DNA from: Mobula hypostoma
Taxonomy: Eukaryota
Direction of reading: 5' to 3'
Length of the DNA: 64,000 nt
Assembly: GCF_963921235.1 (NCBI RefSeq)
Contig: NC_086097.1
Coordinates: 198,650,001-198,714,000, forward strand
Below the pieces are notes generated by a model that saw only the letters and a program-made list of their open reading frames with translations, ran no database searches and was not told where the DNA came from. This document shows, one piece after another, positions 51,425-64,000 of the stretch. The position numbers and the translations under genes were made by a program. Within the stretch, counting starts at the first letter, position 1; every line of letters begins with the position of its first letter.

Positions 51425-52990
51425 GATCCCCGGGACCTGACAAGGTGTTCCCTCGGACCTTGAAGGAGACTAGTGTTGAAGTTGCAGGGGCCGTGGCAGA
51501 AATATTTAAAATATCGCTGTCTACAGGTGAGGTGCTGGAGGATTGGAGAGTGGCTCATGTTGTTCCGTTGTTTAAAAAAGGATTGAAAAGTAATCCGGGA
51601 AATTATAGGCCAGTAAGTTTAACGTTGGTAGTAGGTAAGTTATTGGAGGGAGTACTAAGAGACAGAATTTACAAGCATTTGGATAGACAGGGACTTATTG
51701 GGGAGAGTCAACATGACTTTGTGCGTGGTAGGTCATGTTTGACCAATCTATTGGAGTTTTTTGAGGAGGTTACCAGGAAAGTGGATGAAGGGAAGGCAGT
51801 GGATATTGTCTACGTGGACTTCAGTAAGGCCTTTGACAAGGTCCCGCATGGGAGGTTAGTTAGGAAAATTCAGTCGCTAGGTATACATGGAGAGGTGGTA
51901 AATTGGATTAGACATTGGCTCAATGGAAGAAGCCAAAGAGTGGTAGTAGAGAATTGCTTCTCTGAGTGGAGGCCTGTGACTAGTGGTGTGCCACAAGGAT
52001 CAGTGCTGGGTCCATTGTTATTTGTCATCTATATCAATGATCTGGATGATAATGTGGTAAATTGGATCAGCAAATTTGCTGATGATACAAAGGTTGGAGG
52101 TGTAGTAGACAGTGAGGAAGGTTTTCAGAGCCTGCAGAGGGACTTGGACCAGCTGGGAAAATGGGCTGAAAAATGGCAGATAGAGTTTAATACAGACAAG
52201 TGTGAGGTATTGCACGTTGGAAGGACAAACCAAGGTAGAACATACAGGGTTAACGGTAAGGCACTGAGGAGTGCAGTGGAACAAAGGAATCTGGGAATAC
52301 AGATATAAAATTCCCTAAAAGTGGCGTCACAGGTAAATAGGGTCGTAAAGAGAGCTTTTGGTACATTGGCCTTTATTAATCAAAGTATTGAGTATAAGAG
52401 CTGGAATGTCATGATGAGGCTGTATAAGCCATTGGTGAGGCCGAATCTGGAGTATTGTGTTCAGTTTTGGTCACCAAGTTACAGGAAGGATATAAATAAG
52501 GTTGAAAGAGTGCAGAGAAGGTTTACAAGGATGTTGCCGGGACTTGAGAAACTCAGTTACAGAGAAAGGTTGAATAGGTTAGGACTTTATTCCCTGGAGC
52601 GTAGAAGAATGGGGGGAGATTTGATAGAGGTATATAAAATTATGATGGGTATTGATAGAGTGAATGCAAGCAGGCTTTTTCCACTGAGGCAAGGGGAGAA
52701 AAAAACCAGAGGACATGGGTTAAGGGTGAGGGGGGAAAAGTTTAAAGGGAACATTAGGGGGGGCTTCTTCACACAGAGAGTGGTGGGAGTATGGAATGAG
52801 CTGCCAGACGAGGTGGTAAATGAGGGTTCTTTTTTAACATTTAAGAATAAATTGGACAGATACATGGATGGGAGGTGTGTGGAGGGAAATGGTCCGTGTG
52901 CAGGTCAGTGGGACTAGGCAGAAAATGGTTCGGCACAGCCAAGAAGGGCCAAAAGGCCTGTTTCTGTGCTGTAGTTTCTATGGTTCTATG
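51425..52990 (+). mobile_element. Young CR1 LINE, 5'-truncated
   Basis: In-frame RT ORFs 51337-52308 and 52321-52917 separated by one TAA; tail ttctatggttctat. Confidence 0.95.
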
Positions 52991-53838
52991 GAGGTGATGG
53001 GCAAAAAAGGAGATTAGGTGAGAGAGGGAAATGGGAATGGGAAATGGTGAAGGGGGAGGGCATTACCAGCAGTTTGAGAAATTGGTGTTCATACCATCAG
53101 GTTGGAGGGTACCCAGACAGAACATAATGTGTTGCTCCTCCAGCCTGAATGTGACTTCATCACGACAGTAGAGGAGGCCATGGACTGACATATTGGAACA
53201 GGAAGTGGAATTAAAATGGGTGCCACTGGGAGATTCCCCTTTTTCTGGTGGATGGAGCATAGTTTCTCGTGAAGCTGTCTCCCAATCTACATCGGGTATC
53301 ACGGATATACAGAAGCCACACTGGGACTACCAGATATTGCTGGTGGGATCCCTTTGGAGTTGGCAGATGTTACAGAGAATTATGTGCTGGATGAGGAGGC
53401 TGGTGGGTTGATAGGTGAGGACGAGGAACCCTATGCCTGATGGTGTGGTGGGAGATGGAAGACACGTGGTTGAGGGCAGTGTTGTTGGTGGAGGAAGGGA
53501 AGTCCCTTTCTTTGAAGAAGGAGGACATCTCCTTCATTCTGAAAGAGGAACTGAGAGAAGGGAATAGCATTTTTACAAGTAACAGAGTGGGAAGAGGTAT
53601 AGTCCAGACTGCTGTGAGAGTCAGTGGATTTATAATAGACATCAATAGATAAGATGTCTCCAGAGATAGAGGCAGATCGAGAAAGGGGAGGGAGGTGTCG
53701 GAAATGGACCAGTAAATAAGAGGGCAGAGTGGAAGTTGAAGGCAAAGTTGATGAAGTTAATGAGCTCCGCATAGGTGCAGGAAACAAAACCAATGCAGTC
53801 AACGATGTAGTGTAGGAAAAGTTGGGGAGTGATACCAG

Positions 53839-54531
53839 TGTAGCCCCCTGGCCACTCTCAGGGTCGCTCGGCTCGCTGTCGTCTAGGGAAACAGCCTCGG
53901 CCCCGCCAAACTGGATAATTCGTTTGTGTGGATGCTGTGTGAGGTACCCCACCCTGCCCAAATAACAGACAATACACCAGATGCAATTAAATGATTTACA
54001 GTTTATAGATATTACTGGAACTATATAATTAAAAGAGAATAAAATATAAAAGGAAAATAAAAGGCGCCACACTTATCAAAGTTCAATCTCTTTGAGCACA
54101 AAACCGTTGGAGCTCAAGGACCTTCTTCTTCACTCTGTGACCCCCTCGGACTACCTCGATTGGCCGTCTGGGACCAACAACGGTGGTCGACCAGACGCTC
54201 CACACGAGTCTGTCTCCATCTCCTCGCCGAACGTCCCGCTCGGGGTCCAACCCCGTTAGCAGACTCACAGCACCTTGTCCATCCTCTGTCTCGATCTCCC
54301 GCCTTCTGCCCCAAAACCCCGCGCATACAGTATCTTCAAATACACCAAAACCATAACAACTATCCCAATTGGTTAATAGCACCCTCTTATCAGAATCTAA
54401 AGCACAAACAAACTGTTAGCGCAAACTTTCTCAGTGCTTAACACAACAAAGCCGCATTCCCCAGATTAACATAACAAAGACGCCATTTTAATTAGCCTCC
54501 GCAGTAACATAAAAATCGAAACCCCCTTACA
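53839..54531. mobile_element. Solo LTR (693 bp), probably Gypsy-type
   Basis: TGTA...TACA ends; 4-bp TSD ccag at 53835-53838 and 54532-54535; host Penelope RT rejoins across it. Confidence 0.9.
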
Positions 54532-55999
54532 CCAGTATAGGCTTGGAACATAGTTTGTTCTACATAGCTGACAAAAAGGCAGGTATAGCTGTCACCCATG
54601 TGAGTGCCCATGGCTACACTTTTTGTTTGAAGCAAGTGGGAGGAGCCAAAGGAGAAATTATTGAGAGGGAGGACAAGTTCCGCCAGACAGAGGAGAATGG
54701 TGGTGGAGGGGAACTGGTTGGGTCTGGTGTCGAGAAAGAAATGGAGAGCTTTGAGGCCTTCCCGGTGGGGGAGGAAAGTGTATAGAGACTGGTCATTCAT
54801 GTGAAAAATAATGTGATTGTGGCCGGGGAAGTTGAAATTATTGAAAAGATCAAGAGCGTGTGAAGTGTCACCGATGTAGGTAGGAAGGGACTGAACCGCT
54901 GGGGGGATAAAACAGAGTCAAGGTTTACAGATATAAGTTCAATGGGACAGGAACAAGCAAAAACAATGCATCTACTCAGATAGGCAGGTTTGTGGATCTT
55001 GGGTAGGAAGTAGAAATGGGAGTGAGGAGTGAAGGATCTGTGAGGTTGGTGGCAATGGATGGGAGATCCCCAGAGTTAATAAGGTCAGTGATGGTGTCGG
55101 AGACAATGGCCTGGTGCTCCTTAGTGGGATCCTGTTTGAGTGCTAAGTAAGAGGAGTTGTCTGAGAGTTGTCATCAGTCCACCAGACTACTACAAGCAAG
55201 CCCCTTATCTGCGGGTTTGATGGTGATGTTAGGATTAGTGCAGAGAGAATAGAGTGCCATGCGTTTGGAAGGAATGATGTTAGAGTTGGAGAGAAGAGTG
55301 GTGAAGTCGAGATGGTTGATGTCCCGTCGGCAGTTAGCAATGAAAAGATCCAGAATAGGCAGAAGACCAGAGCAGGGTGTCCAGGAAGAGGAGGAGGAGG
55401 GTTGAAGAAGGGAGTGTCCTTGCCAAAAAAGTAGGCATGAAGATGGAGGCAGCAGAAGAAGAGCTCAGCATCATGGAACACAATGATGTGAGGGGGCAGG
55501 GGTACAAAGATGAGAACTTTACTCAGAACAGAATGTTCTGCCTCAGAGAGAGAAAGGTTGGAGGGAATGGTGAAGACCCAGCACGAATGAACTCTGAGAT
55601 CAGAGGGGGAAAGGTGGTTGGTAGTGTCAGAGGAGAGGGCAGGTTCGGTTGTCTGAATAGCAGCCTCCACTGTGGAGTCCTGGGACAACTACATTTTCAG
55701 TACACTGTGCTGGACCAGAAACCCACAAATGTAAATACGAATTTACCCTTCATCTTCTACTTCCTACTCCTCTCAAAGTAATGTCTCACTTGCTGATCTC
55801 AGCTTCAGCTCTTTGATCAGCACAGGCCTTGACCAATGCAATAAAACTACAATGGTGCACAAGATGAGAAGCATGAAAATCCACTGTTTACCCATAGTTC
55901 ATGTCCTATCTGCATCCTGTAAATACAGTGTATCTGAGACTGATGAAGACTAGTACCCTAGAGGTTAACTAGGAAAGGAGGAAAGAGAGAAAGAGATCG

Positions 56000-56297
56000 G
56001 CTTTATTTCTCAAATGCACAATCGAACATTGAAGCACACAGTGAAAATGTGGTATTTTGTGTAAACAACCAACACAGTTGAGGGTTGTGCTAGGGAGAAG
56101 TTTTTCCATGCCAACGTGCCCACTCTCTAACCTTAACTGTACATTCTTAGAATGTTGGAGGAAACTAGAGCACCCGGAGGAATCCTACACAGCCATGGGT
56201 AGAATGTACAAGCTCCCTACAGACAGCAGTGGGAATCAAAACCTGAATGGTGATTGCTAGCACAGTGAAGTGATTGCACTAACCACTACGCTACCAT
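56000..56297 (-). mobile_element. tRNA-derived V-SINE/HE1-like SINE
   Basis: Minus strand head GGTAGCGTAGTGGTTAG (A box) and V-domain-like GGAGCTTGTACATTCT; related 3' ends at about 12230-12345 (+) and 43775-43920 (-). Confidence 0.65.
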
Positions 56298-57014
56298 GTT
56301 ATTCCTGACGATGAGTACTCTTGGGGGCTAGGAGGAGGAGGGAGTGATTGAGGTAGTTGCTAATTGTCCAGCACTGATCCTTTTAGTGGAGAGGGTTGAA
56401 AGATCATGGCCTAGATTACAAAATTGGGGCCGGATTGCATCATGTTATACAAGGGTGGGTAAGGAAATGTTTACAGAATATGAGAGGAGTGACACTGATG
56501 CCCAAAAAGAGCAGGTAAATAAAACAAGTATGGTTTATGTGTATATGGATCCCAGGACTGGGCCAGGATTGCTTCAGGAGGGCCTCATTAAATAGCCCTG
56601 TTACAGAAGCAGGGGCACCACAAAAACATGGTTCCCAACCACGTTCACAACTAGAGCAAAGAAGCTAATTTGCCAGGCAAGGTCCCAAAAAAGCGGAGCA
56701 GTGACTCAATAGTGGAGTTGGAATACACTGGGGTGATTTGCAACTGAAAGTACCTGAAAGTAATTGACCAAATTTCAGGAGTGAAGCAATTAATCCCAGA
56801 AAAAATTGTCATTTGGCTTATGCTGCAGAAATAAGCAATTGTTCAAATCTACAACAAAATCAGAAAAATGCATCCATTTTCCCAAGCCAAATGGAAACTT
56901 CCTTCTGAGAAGAATGAAGGGTTTGATTGCAGGATATTATAAAACATTTATTGTATTCCAAACCTTGCAGAAGCCATAAACCCTATAAATTGTTTAAGTT
57001 CCTATTTTGCTGGA

Positions 57015-57360
57015 GACATGAGACTGCAAATGCTGGAAATCTGCAACAACACAGAAAACCCTAGAGGAACTCAGTGAGTCAGGAAGCATCTGTGGAGGGA
57101 AATGGACAGTTGGGACTCTTCATCAGGACTGGAAGGAATGAGAAGAGCGTCAGTATAAAAAGGTGCAAGGATAGGGGTGGAGCAAGAGCTGGTAGGTGAT
57201 AGGTGAATGCAGGTGAGGTTGCTGATAGGCAGATGAGGGAAGGGGAAAGTGGGAATGATGTGAGAAGCTGGAAGGTGATAGGTGAACATAAGAAAGCTTG
57301 AATAATATGGAGTCTGATAAGAGAGGCCATGGAATAAAGAAGAGAGGAGCCGAAGGGAAG
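57015..57360 (-). mobile_element. Penelope-like terminal fragment
   Basis: ctgcaaatgctggaaatc...gaggaactcag...cttcatcaggactgg followed by a purine-rich tract. Confidence 0.75.
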
Positions 57361-57584
57361 AATGCAGTTCCCCTGTTCACCTCTTTCCCGTTACTCCATT
57401 GTCTTTATTTCATTTTTATTCCTTCTTTATTCCAACAATTATGAATGCATATCTCACTGTGCTCCAGTTGATACTCTCTATCAGTTAACCTCAAGTGGTT
57501 CATTATCAAAAAGGTTGAGCATTTTCATCACCTTTACAATCATAGAATGTGCACTATGGACAAATAATCAAAGATGTAATTCCT

Positions 57585-58330
57585 GAGATAAGATATAGGA
57601 GCAAAGTAGGCTACTTATCCCCTTGAGCTTCCTCTGCCAATTTTGAAGATCATGATTGTCTCAGTGTCATTTTCTTGAACTATTCACATATCTATAGTTT
57701 CTTTCCATATTATAAAATGAACTCTTCTTAAAATAAAGATCATTGGGCCTCCATAGCTCTCCAGGTTTCAAAATTGTAAAGATTCATCACCTTCTGAGTG
57801 AAGAATTTTCTCCTTCTCACAGTCCTAAATGACCTACCACTCATTCATAGACTGTGATCCTTGGTTTTAGACTCCACAGTCATGAGAAACATCCTTTCTG
57901 TGAGGTCTGCTTTTGTTCATCTAAACACGAGAGAATATAAATCAAATCTATTCAGTGTTTCCTCATGCAGAAGACCCTCCATCCCTGGTACAAGTCTAGT
58001 GAATCTTCACTTCACTCGCTCTACGCCAAGTCAATCCTTTTTTAGGTGAGGTGACGGAAATTGTAGCCTCACCAAGAACTTATGAAATTGCTGTAAGTCT
58101 TCCTTACTCCTGTATTCAAAACCTCTTGCAATTAAGATTAGTATTCCATTTGTATTCCTTTTCTCTGGTTACATCTGAATGCTGGATTTCAGTGACTTGT
58201 ATAATAGCACACACAGATACTTTCAACACCAACATTACCAAATTTCTCAAAACTAAAAATGCTTTTCTGCTTTGAGCTCCACTATAGATGACTTCACATT
58301 ATATTCCATCTGCTATACTCGCACCCACCA
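57585..58330 (-). mobile_element. Very old CR1 3' fragment
   Basis: Degenerate taagatataggagc tail and gattcatcaccttctgagtgaagaa motif. Confidence 0.65.
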
Positions 58331-58741
58331 AAGAGCGTGTCTCAAGCAGCACATGGGAATAAAAAATTGCTAACAGCCATCATTTTATGGGTGTCCTATT
58401 AGCTCTATTTCCAAATTTTTGTCGAATGCAGCCTACTGTCCAATACTGTTCCCCATTCTCTCCAGTGTTACTGTAATAATACAAAGCATACAAAGGAATC
58501 CACAAAGTGAATGCCTGCTTCACAGAATTCTCAACAATTTCAGGTGATCTCACATTTCCAGAGAGAGCAAGAACAAGCTAAGAATGACAGGCTGAATGCC
58601 AGAAATGAGCAAAAAATTTAAGAAAATAGATCATTTACTCATGCAACTTTCAACTCTCTCAAGGTCTAGATCTTACCATTGCAACTGACTACAGCAAGAG
58701 AACTATGTTATATCTGTGTTGCAGTTCAGGTATGCTTTATT

Positions 58742-59019
58742 GGCACATGGCCAAGTGGTTAAGGCGTCGGTCTAGTGATCTGAAGGTTGCTAGTTCGAGC
58801 CTCAGCTGAGGCAGCGCATTGTGTCCTTGAGCAAGGCACTTAACCACACATTGCTCTGCAATGACACCAGTACCAAGCTGTATGGGTCCTAGTTCCCTTC
58901 CCTTGGACAACATCGGTGGCATGGAGAGGGGACACTTGCAGCATGGGCAACTGCCGGTCTTCCATACAACCTTGCCCAGGCCTCAGTCATCATCGAAAAT
59001 CGATGGACAGCCGAAGAAG
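58742..59019 (+). mobile_element. tRNA-derived CORE-type SINE
   Basis: A box TGGCCAAGTGG; B box GTTCGAGCC; CORE-like tgtccttgagcaaggcacttaacc; gaagaaga tail; TSD atgctttattgg at 58732-58743 and 59020-59031. Confidence 0.85.
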
Positions 59020-60374
59020 ATGCTTTATTGGGACATTTTTCTGTGGATAAGAATGAACGGAAATAATATATATGATTTTACAACAGATGCCTTACCTCCC
59101 ATTTTAGGCTTCAGTGGTAAATAAAAAAATAGCTCCCCATTCCAGCCCTCTAACTTTACCTCGCCAGTGACTGCCAGTGAAAAACCTTTAAAGTTTAGGA
59201 ATGCTGTACTAGTGTATTACTTTGCAAAGTATTTAAAGTTAAGTGATTGGGGACTCACATTTTGGATGGAGGAAAGACTGAATCGTATCTGAAAACTTAG
59301 AGATTGTTACAGCTGAAAACCTGTGGAATTTACTTATTTCCCAATTTACTGTGCACACAACAAAAAAAAAGAGCTCATATTGTGAAGCCCAATGTTCTCA
59401 TTTATTAAAGCTCGTTCAGTGTTGATGGGGGCTGCGTAACCAAATACCAATTATATGAATGTGGCAACCTGGCAAGCAGTAATGATACTACCTGAAGAAT
59501 GGATATGACAACCAAGATTTGTTAGTACTTTTTGTTTTACTGTGAAAATAGCCCTCAGTCATCATTTTGAATGAAAAATTAACCTCTCAAGTGCAGTGAA
59601 AAACGTAAAGAATACCTTCTATTCCATAAATAATAACATAATTAAATGGCATGTGCATTATCTTAATGATGCACTGTCTATGAAGTCAATTTCTATAAGT
59701 TAGACACAGCACATTCTTCAGATTTTCTGAACAGAAGAATGCTGATCTTTGACTGAAGCTTGGCCACTTGCCAAGCTGGAAACAAAATGTGATTCTGATT
59801 CTCTCTGAAGCGTAGTTGACACAGCAGTTAATTTTTCCTGCAGTCTTCTGTTTTTATCAGCCATCTATGTATTCTGCCGAAATAACCATTCTTTTAAATG
59901 TGGTAAATCACAAAAAAGGCTAAAGCAACTGATATGTTCCATTACCAAAATATGATAAGGCTACAACCCTTCACTTTCAGAAACCATACACATATTGTAA
60001 ATAAAAATAAAATACTGCTCTATTTTGATGTTGTTCCTGTTTTGTGGGCAAAAATATAGCCCTGTGGACTTTCCCTGAGAACTCTGGTGTGATTAAATTG
60101 CTCCACTGAAAGAGCATGAATAATAAAAATGTAACAATATTCTAGATGAAAATGTGTACATCATTCAAACATGCTCATAATCTAAAAATCGCAGAAGCCA
60201 TCATGAAATTCTGGTTATCAGTGTTCTATGTTCAATAAACCTATGTGAATAAATTGGGAAATTAAACTCATGATTGGCAAATAATATTTGGTCAAGAATG
60301 AATGCAAAGCCTCAGGGAGAAATATTAAGAGGGGGTGAATAGAGTTCTGAATCTTCTAAAAAGGGATCTATATA

Positions 60375-60760
60375 TCATAGAATCATGGAAACAGAACTGT
60401 TAGTTTATCGTGCCTATGCTAGCTTTCTAAGCCCAATGCAATCTATCACATCCTCCAGCTAGTTCTCTATTGGTTTTCAATTTGTTTTACTTTAAAAATG
60501 TATTTAATTTTCTTCTGGAAATAGCTATTTTCTAGCTCTGAGTGCATGTGTTTTGCCAGTCTTTTAAAATCTTTGTCCTCTAGTTCTAGATCATTGTTCC
60601 AATGGGAACAGTTTCATTTTAAAAATTTTTCATTATTTTGAGAACTTCTTGGAACCTACATTGTTCTCTCAGGAAAATAATCCCAGTCCTTCCAGTCTAT
60701 TTGTGGAATTGAAGTCTCTCAACTCTAGGAATATATGCTCAATCTTTTCTGGGACCAAGC
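60375..60760 (-). mobile_element. Very old CR1 3' fragment
   Basis: atcatagaatcat tail; tgtcctctagttctaga motif. Confidence 0.5.
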
Positions 60761-62066
60761 ATCAAAATAACAGAGTTTTGAAAAGGCGAAACTAATGCTA
60801 GATGTAAGAAGTTAGTTCTCTTTTGGTGTGGTAAAAGACTTTAAAAACATTCAACCAACTCTTTAAAAAAATGACTTGTGAAAGCTATTAGTAATATCTG
60901 ACTTCTCTCCTTTCACGTTCCTTATCACAGACGATTAACCCTCTTTCTTCAAACAAATAATGTTAATAACGAATGCTTATTTCATACTATGCTTTCATTG
61001 CAAGAATTAATTCATGCACATGCATTTGATTTGTAAAGCTTGCATTACGTTTTTTTTCTCTGCAATTTTACAGTCTTTTAATAGTGGCTTAAATTGAAAA
61101 TTTGATTGCTTTTTATACTTCACAACTTTAAATTTCATATAAATTACAAAACTGTTTTTTTGTAATGCTAATCTATTAAACTCTCTATATCATATTGTGC
61201 TAGCAGTAAATCAGTTTGCTCATGCCTGTAAATTATAAAAAAGATGACAGTCCATAGTTGTGCTGCATAGTATCAACTGGCACTTGACTGCAATGTTGAG
61301 AGACCATTGTGTTGTGGACAAGACACGAGATGGAAACTCTTCTGCTCCCAGGTGGATATAACGAATTACATGGCATTATTTTGAAGAAGAGCATAGAGTT
61401 CCCTATCTTTGGTGTCATTTGCTGTATTCCTAAATCAAATGTCACCTCAAAGTTAATAGGTAAACAAGCATTTATCATATTGCTGTTTATGGGAGCATTA
61501 TTTTGTGCAAGCTATTTCTCACTTCAAATACTTCAACAACAAAACTTAAAAATTATTTCATTGACTCTAAAGCACTTTAACTTATTCTTTTCTTCTGCCT
61601 ACTTAATTGTAATGCTATTAAAGGTAAAGTAACACACCCTCTCAGAAGTATTTTCTTTCTTTACCCTTCCTGATTTATAATGCTGAAAGTTTTAATTTGC
61701 TTCTACCAATTTTCTTTAAAATTCCTCTAAAGGAGATTTATGAAGGTGGACTTTGATGTGTCTTCTGCCCTCTACCTTCACAGCTCTACAAAACTTCACC
61801 GTGGCTGGAAAAAATTGCATCAATAGTAAAGCTTTCAATGATCTTGTCCAAATACAAGGACATGCAAAGGCAATAAAAGTTAACGCCTCAACAAAATAAA
61901 CCATTGTAATCTATACATTTCTCAGCTTGTTACATCTTCCTTGTGCACCACTATGAATACCTTACATAAAGAAACCCCAGTTTTTCAGTTGTTTGCAGAT
62001 GTAAATGCAATCTCTAAAGTGCCAGGTATATTAAGTCATATTTATATTTATGCAACATCAGAATAC

Positions 62067-62217
62067 CTGACATCTGCCCCTGTAATTAGAGTCATGGTGT
62101 CACACAGCACATCATGTCCATGCTGACCATCAAGAACCCATCCATACTTGTGATGGATATTCTCTTCTTGACCAGTGGGCCTCTTTCTCTTTCTTGGTTG
62201 TTTGCTAATCTTGCTTT
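62067..62217 (-). CDS. Candidate internal exon of an unidentified host gene
   Basis: gtttag acceptor; cag/gtattc donor; 151 nt open (SKISKQPRKRKRPTGQEENIHHKYGWVLDGQHGHDVLCDTMTLITGADV); lies in non-repeat sequence; protein not recognised. Confidence 0.3.
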
Positions 62218-62521
62218 CTAAACACAGCACCTTCCACTTGTAAGATCACAAACAGATGTAAATAAACTTCCAACTAACACTAGTTTGATTACTGGTCATA
62301 AAAGAAGTCAGTCTTCAGTTCTTGAAACATAAATGGCAAGAACTAATCACCTTGAGGTTAAAACAAGTATTGTCTAAAGACCAGCTTTGCAACCAAGCTT
62401 TGTGGATAGTAAACTTTCTGTCAGGGAGAAGTAAGGCTTAGTTCACTACACCTGCTTTATTGCTGCTCAAGACGCAGTATAAACCAATGAGCTGTTTAAT
62501 TCAGCTTCTTTCAAACAGACA

Positions 62522-63677
62522 AGTAATGAACTCTTCGGACCTGTGCAGGGGATTAGAGAGCATCGGGCTCCAAGGTTTTTAAAGCACCTGTATTGGTTCA
62601 TTGTTGATTTATGAGAGTTGTTAATCATTTAGATTTCCTTGTGTTTTTCTTGAGCAATTCGCTCTTTGTAATGCTGAATCCTGGTGATTTCTGTTTAAAC
62701 TTGTTAAGTTTATCTTGATAGGCTTGGGGATTCCGTGTTACTTGTAGTGCTTAAACAGATGCCTGTTTGGCACTGGTCGCAGGGTCCTAGTTTTGAGAAT
62801 ATTACATCTCACAGTGTTGCTCAGCTGAGCCACAGATGTGCTGTTGAAATTATGATGAATAAACTCTGGTTGCCGTCTCTACATCACAGTCTACCTTCCT
62901 CCACACTTGGGTTCTGACATTGCCAGCACACATTGTCACAGAAGGACCCCGCCAAGTAACGGACACAGTGGAGGTTGAACATCAGCATTTTAACATTAGT
63001 TGGCTTTAGGTAAGAATGCCATCTATTCTCAAGTCTACATTTCGGGTGTCTCACGTCTACATTCTGAGTGTCCCTAATCTAGGTTCTGAGTTTCTCAAGT
63101 CTACTTTCTGATCTTTTCTTGTCCACCTTCCAAGCTTCAGTATACGTTCAATGTTTTCCTTGTCTTGAGATTTCCAAGTCTCTCTCTCGAGGTTCCCTAA
63201 TTTCTCTCAAGGTTTCCTTGTCTCTATCGAGGTTCCCCAGTCACTCTCCAATTCCCCTGGTCTCCCTCAAGTTTGTAATAAGCTCTTTGGGTCTGCACAG
63301 AAAGCTGGAAAATGTTGGGTTCTGAGGTTTTAAAACACCTGAATTGGTTAATTGTTGTTTAATGAGAATTGTAAATCGGTTGGAGTTTCCTGTGTTTTTC
63401 TCAAGTGACTTGCTTTCTGCAATGCAGTCTCCTGGTGATTTCTGTTTAAACTTGTTAAGTTTGGGATTCTGTGTTACTTGTATTATTGAAGCAGATGCTC
63501 AATTAGCACTAATCACAGTGACCTAGTTTTGAGAATGTTACTTCTCGCGGTGTCACTTGGCCAAGCCACCAATGTTCTGTTGAAATTGTCAATAATAAAC
63601 TCTAATCGCCATCTCTACATTGAAGTCTGTCTTTCCTCCACACTTGGGTTCTGACATTGCCAGCGCACTTCATGACA
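62522..63677 (+). mobile_element. Pair of diverged LTR-like direct repeats (62522-62940 and 63274-63677)
   Basis: Shared blocks such as cctggtgatttctgtttaaacttgttaagttt and ttcctccacacttgggttctgacattgccagc; TGTAAT...TGACA ends in copy 2; AATAAA about 80 nt before each end. Confidence 0.7.
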
Positions 63678-64000
63678 CTTAAGTTGCTTGGTTCAAGGAA
63701 GCTTGCAGAACAGATGAATAATATTATTTAGCATATCAGTATATTAGTAACCATAATGTGTTTACAGTTGGAAGATTCTATGTACTCAAGGCAGTTAGCT
63801 TCATGGCTTTACATTAATGGTAGATAGCTGAAGAACTATGCCTCCAAAATGCTTTTAGATCACTTGTGTTGAAACAATATCTGAGGAAATATCATATGCA
63901 TGTCAAGTCATTCTACTGCCATTGTAGTGTGCTATGTACAAAGCCAGGCAGAGAGTTAAACCACCTTCTCAAAAATCATCAGAGCCAGAAGGGTTCTTCA

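Larger units (their letters stand above)
51110..55690 (-). mobile_element. Long decayed Penelope-like element hosting a CR1 and a solo LTR
   Basis: Terminal motif at 51110; GIY-YIG remnant (53063-53302); RT remnants (54492-54800, QSLYT...VAMGTHMG); N-terminal LSLSEAEHSVLSK (55143-55688). Confidence 0.9.

Noticed and set aside
58742..58815. tRNA gene
   Set aside because: SINE head followed by a CORE-like body and flanked by a TSD
1..64000. CRISPR arrays, operons or prokaryotic defence systems
   Set aside because: No regularly spaced repeats or bacterial gene organisation; the sequence is vertebrate repeat-rich DNA

Overview
Eukaryotic, transposon-dense genomic DNA. The repeat inventory (CR1 LINEs with an SGNH-esterase ORF1, Rex1/Babar-type LINEs, Neptune-type Penelope-like elements, HE1/V-SINE-like SINEs) points to a cartilaginous fish, probably a ray; this is an inference. 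No intact host gene is evident; one weak exon candidate lies at 62067-62217 (-). Nearly all listed ORFs are retroelement remnants. The main hidden structure is an ancient ~20.8-kb minus-strand provirus (20581-41339), broken up by younger insertions. Its two ~740-bp LTRs only match after the nested elements are removed. It retains TG..CA ends, a decayed tRNA-Asn primer-binding site, a polypurine tract, a near-perfect 4-bp TSD and an integrase core. Other notable items are minimal hammerhead ribozyme motifs in the Penelope-like elements, a full-length Buster/Charlie-type hAT transposon with TIRs and an 8-bp TSD, several solo LTRs, and deep multi-level nesting. Coordinates were read by eye; those of old fragments are approximate.
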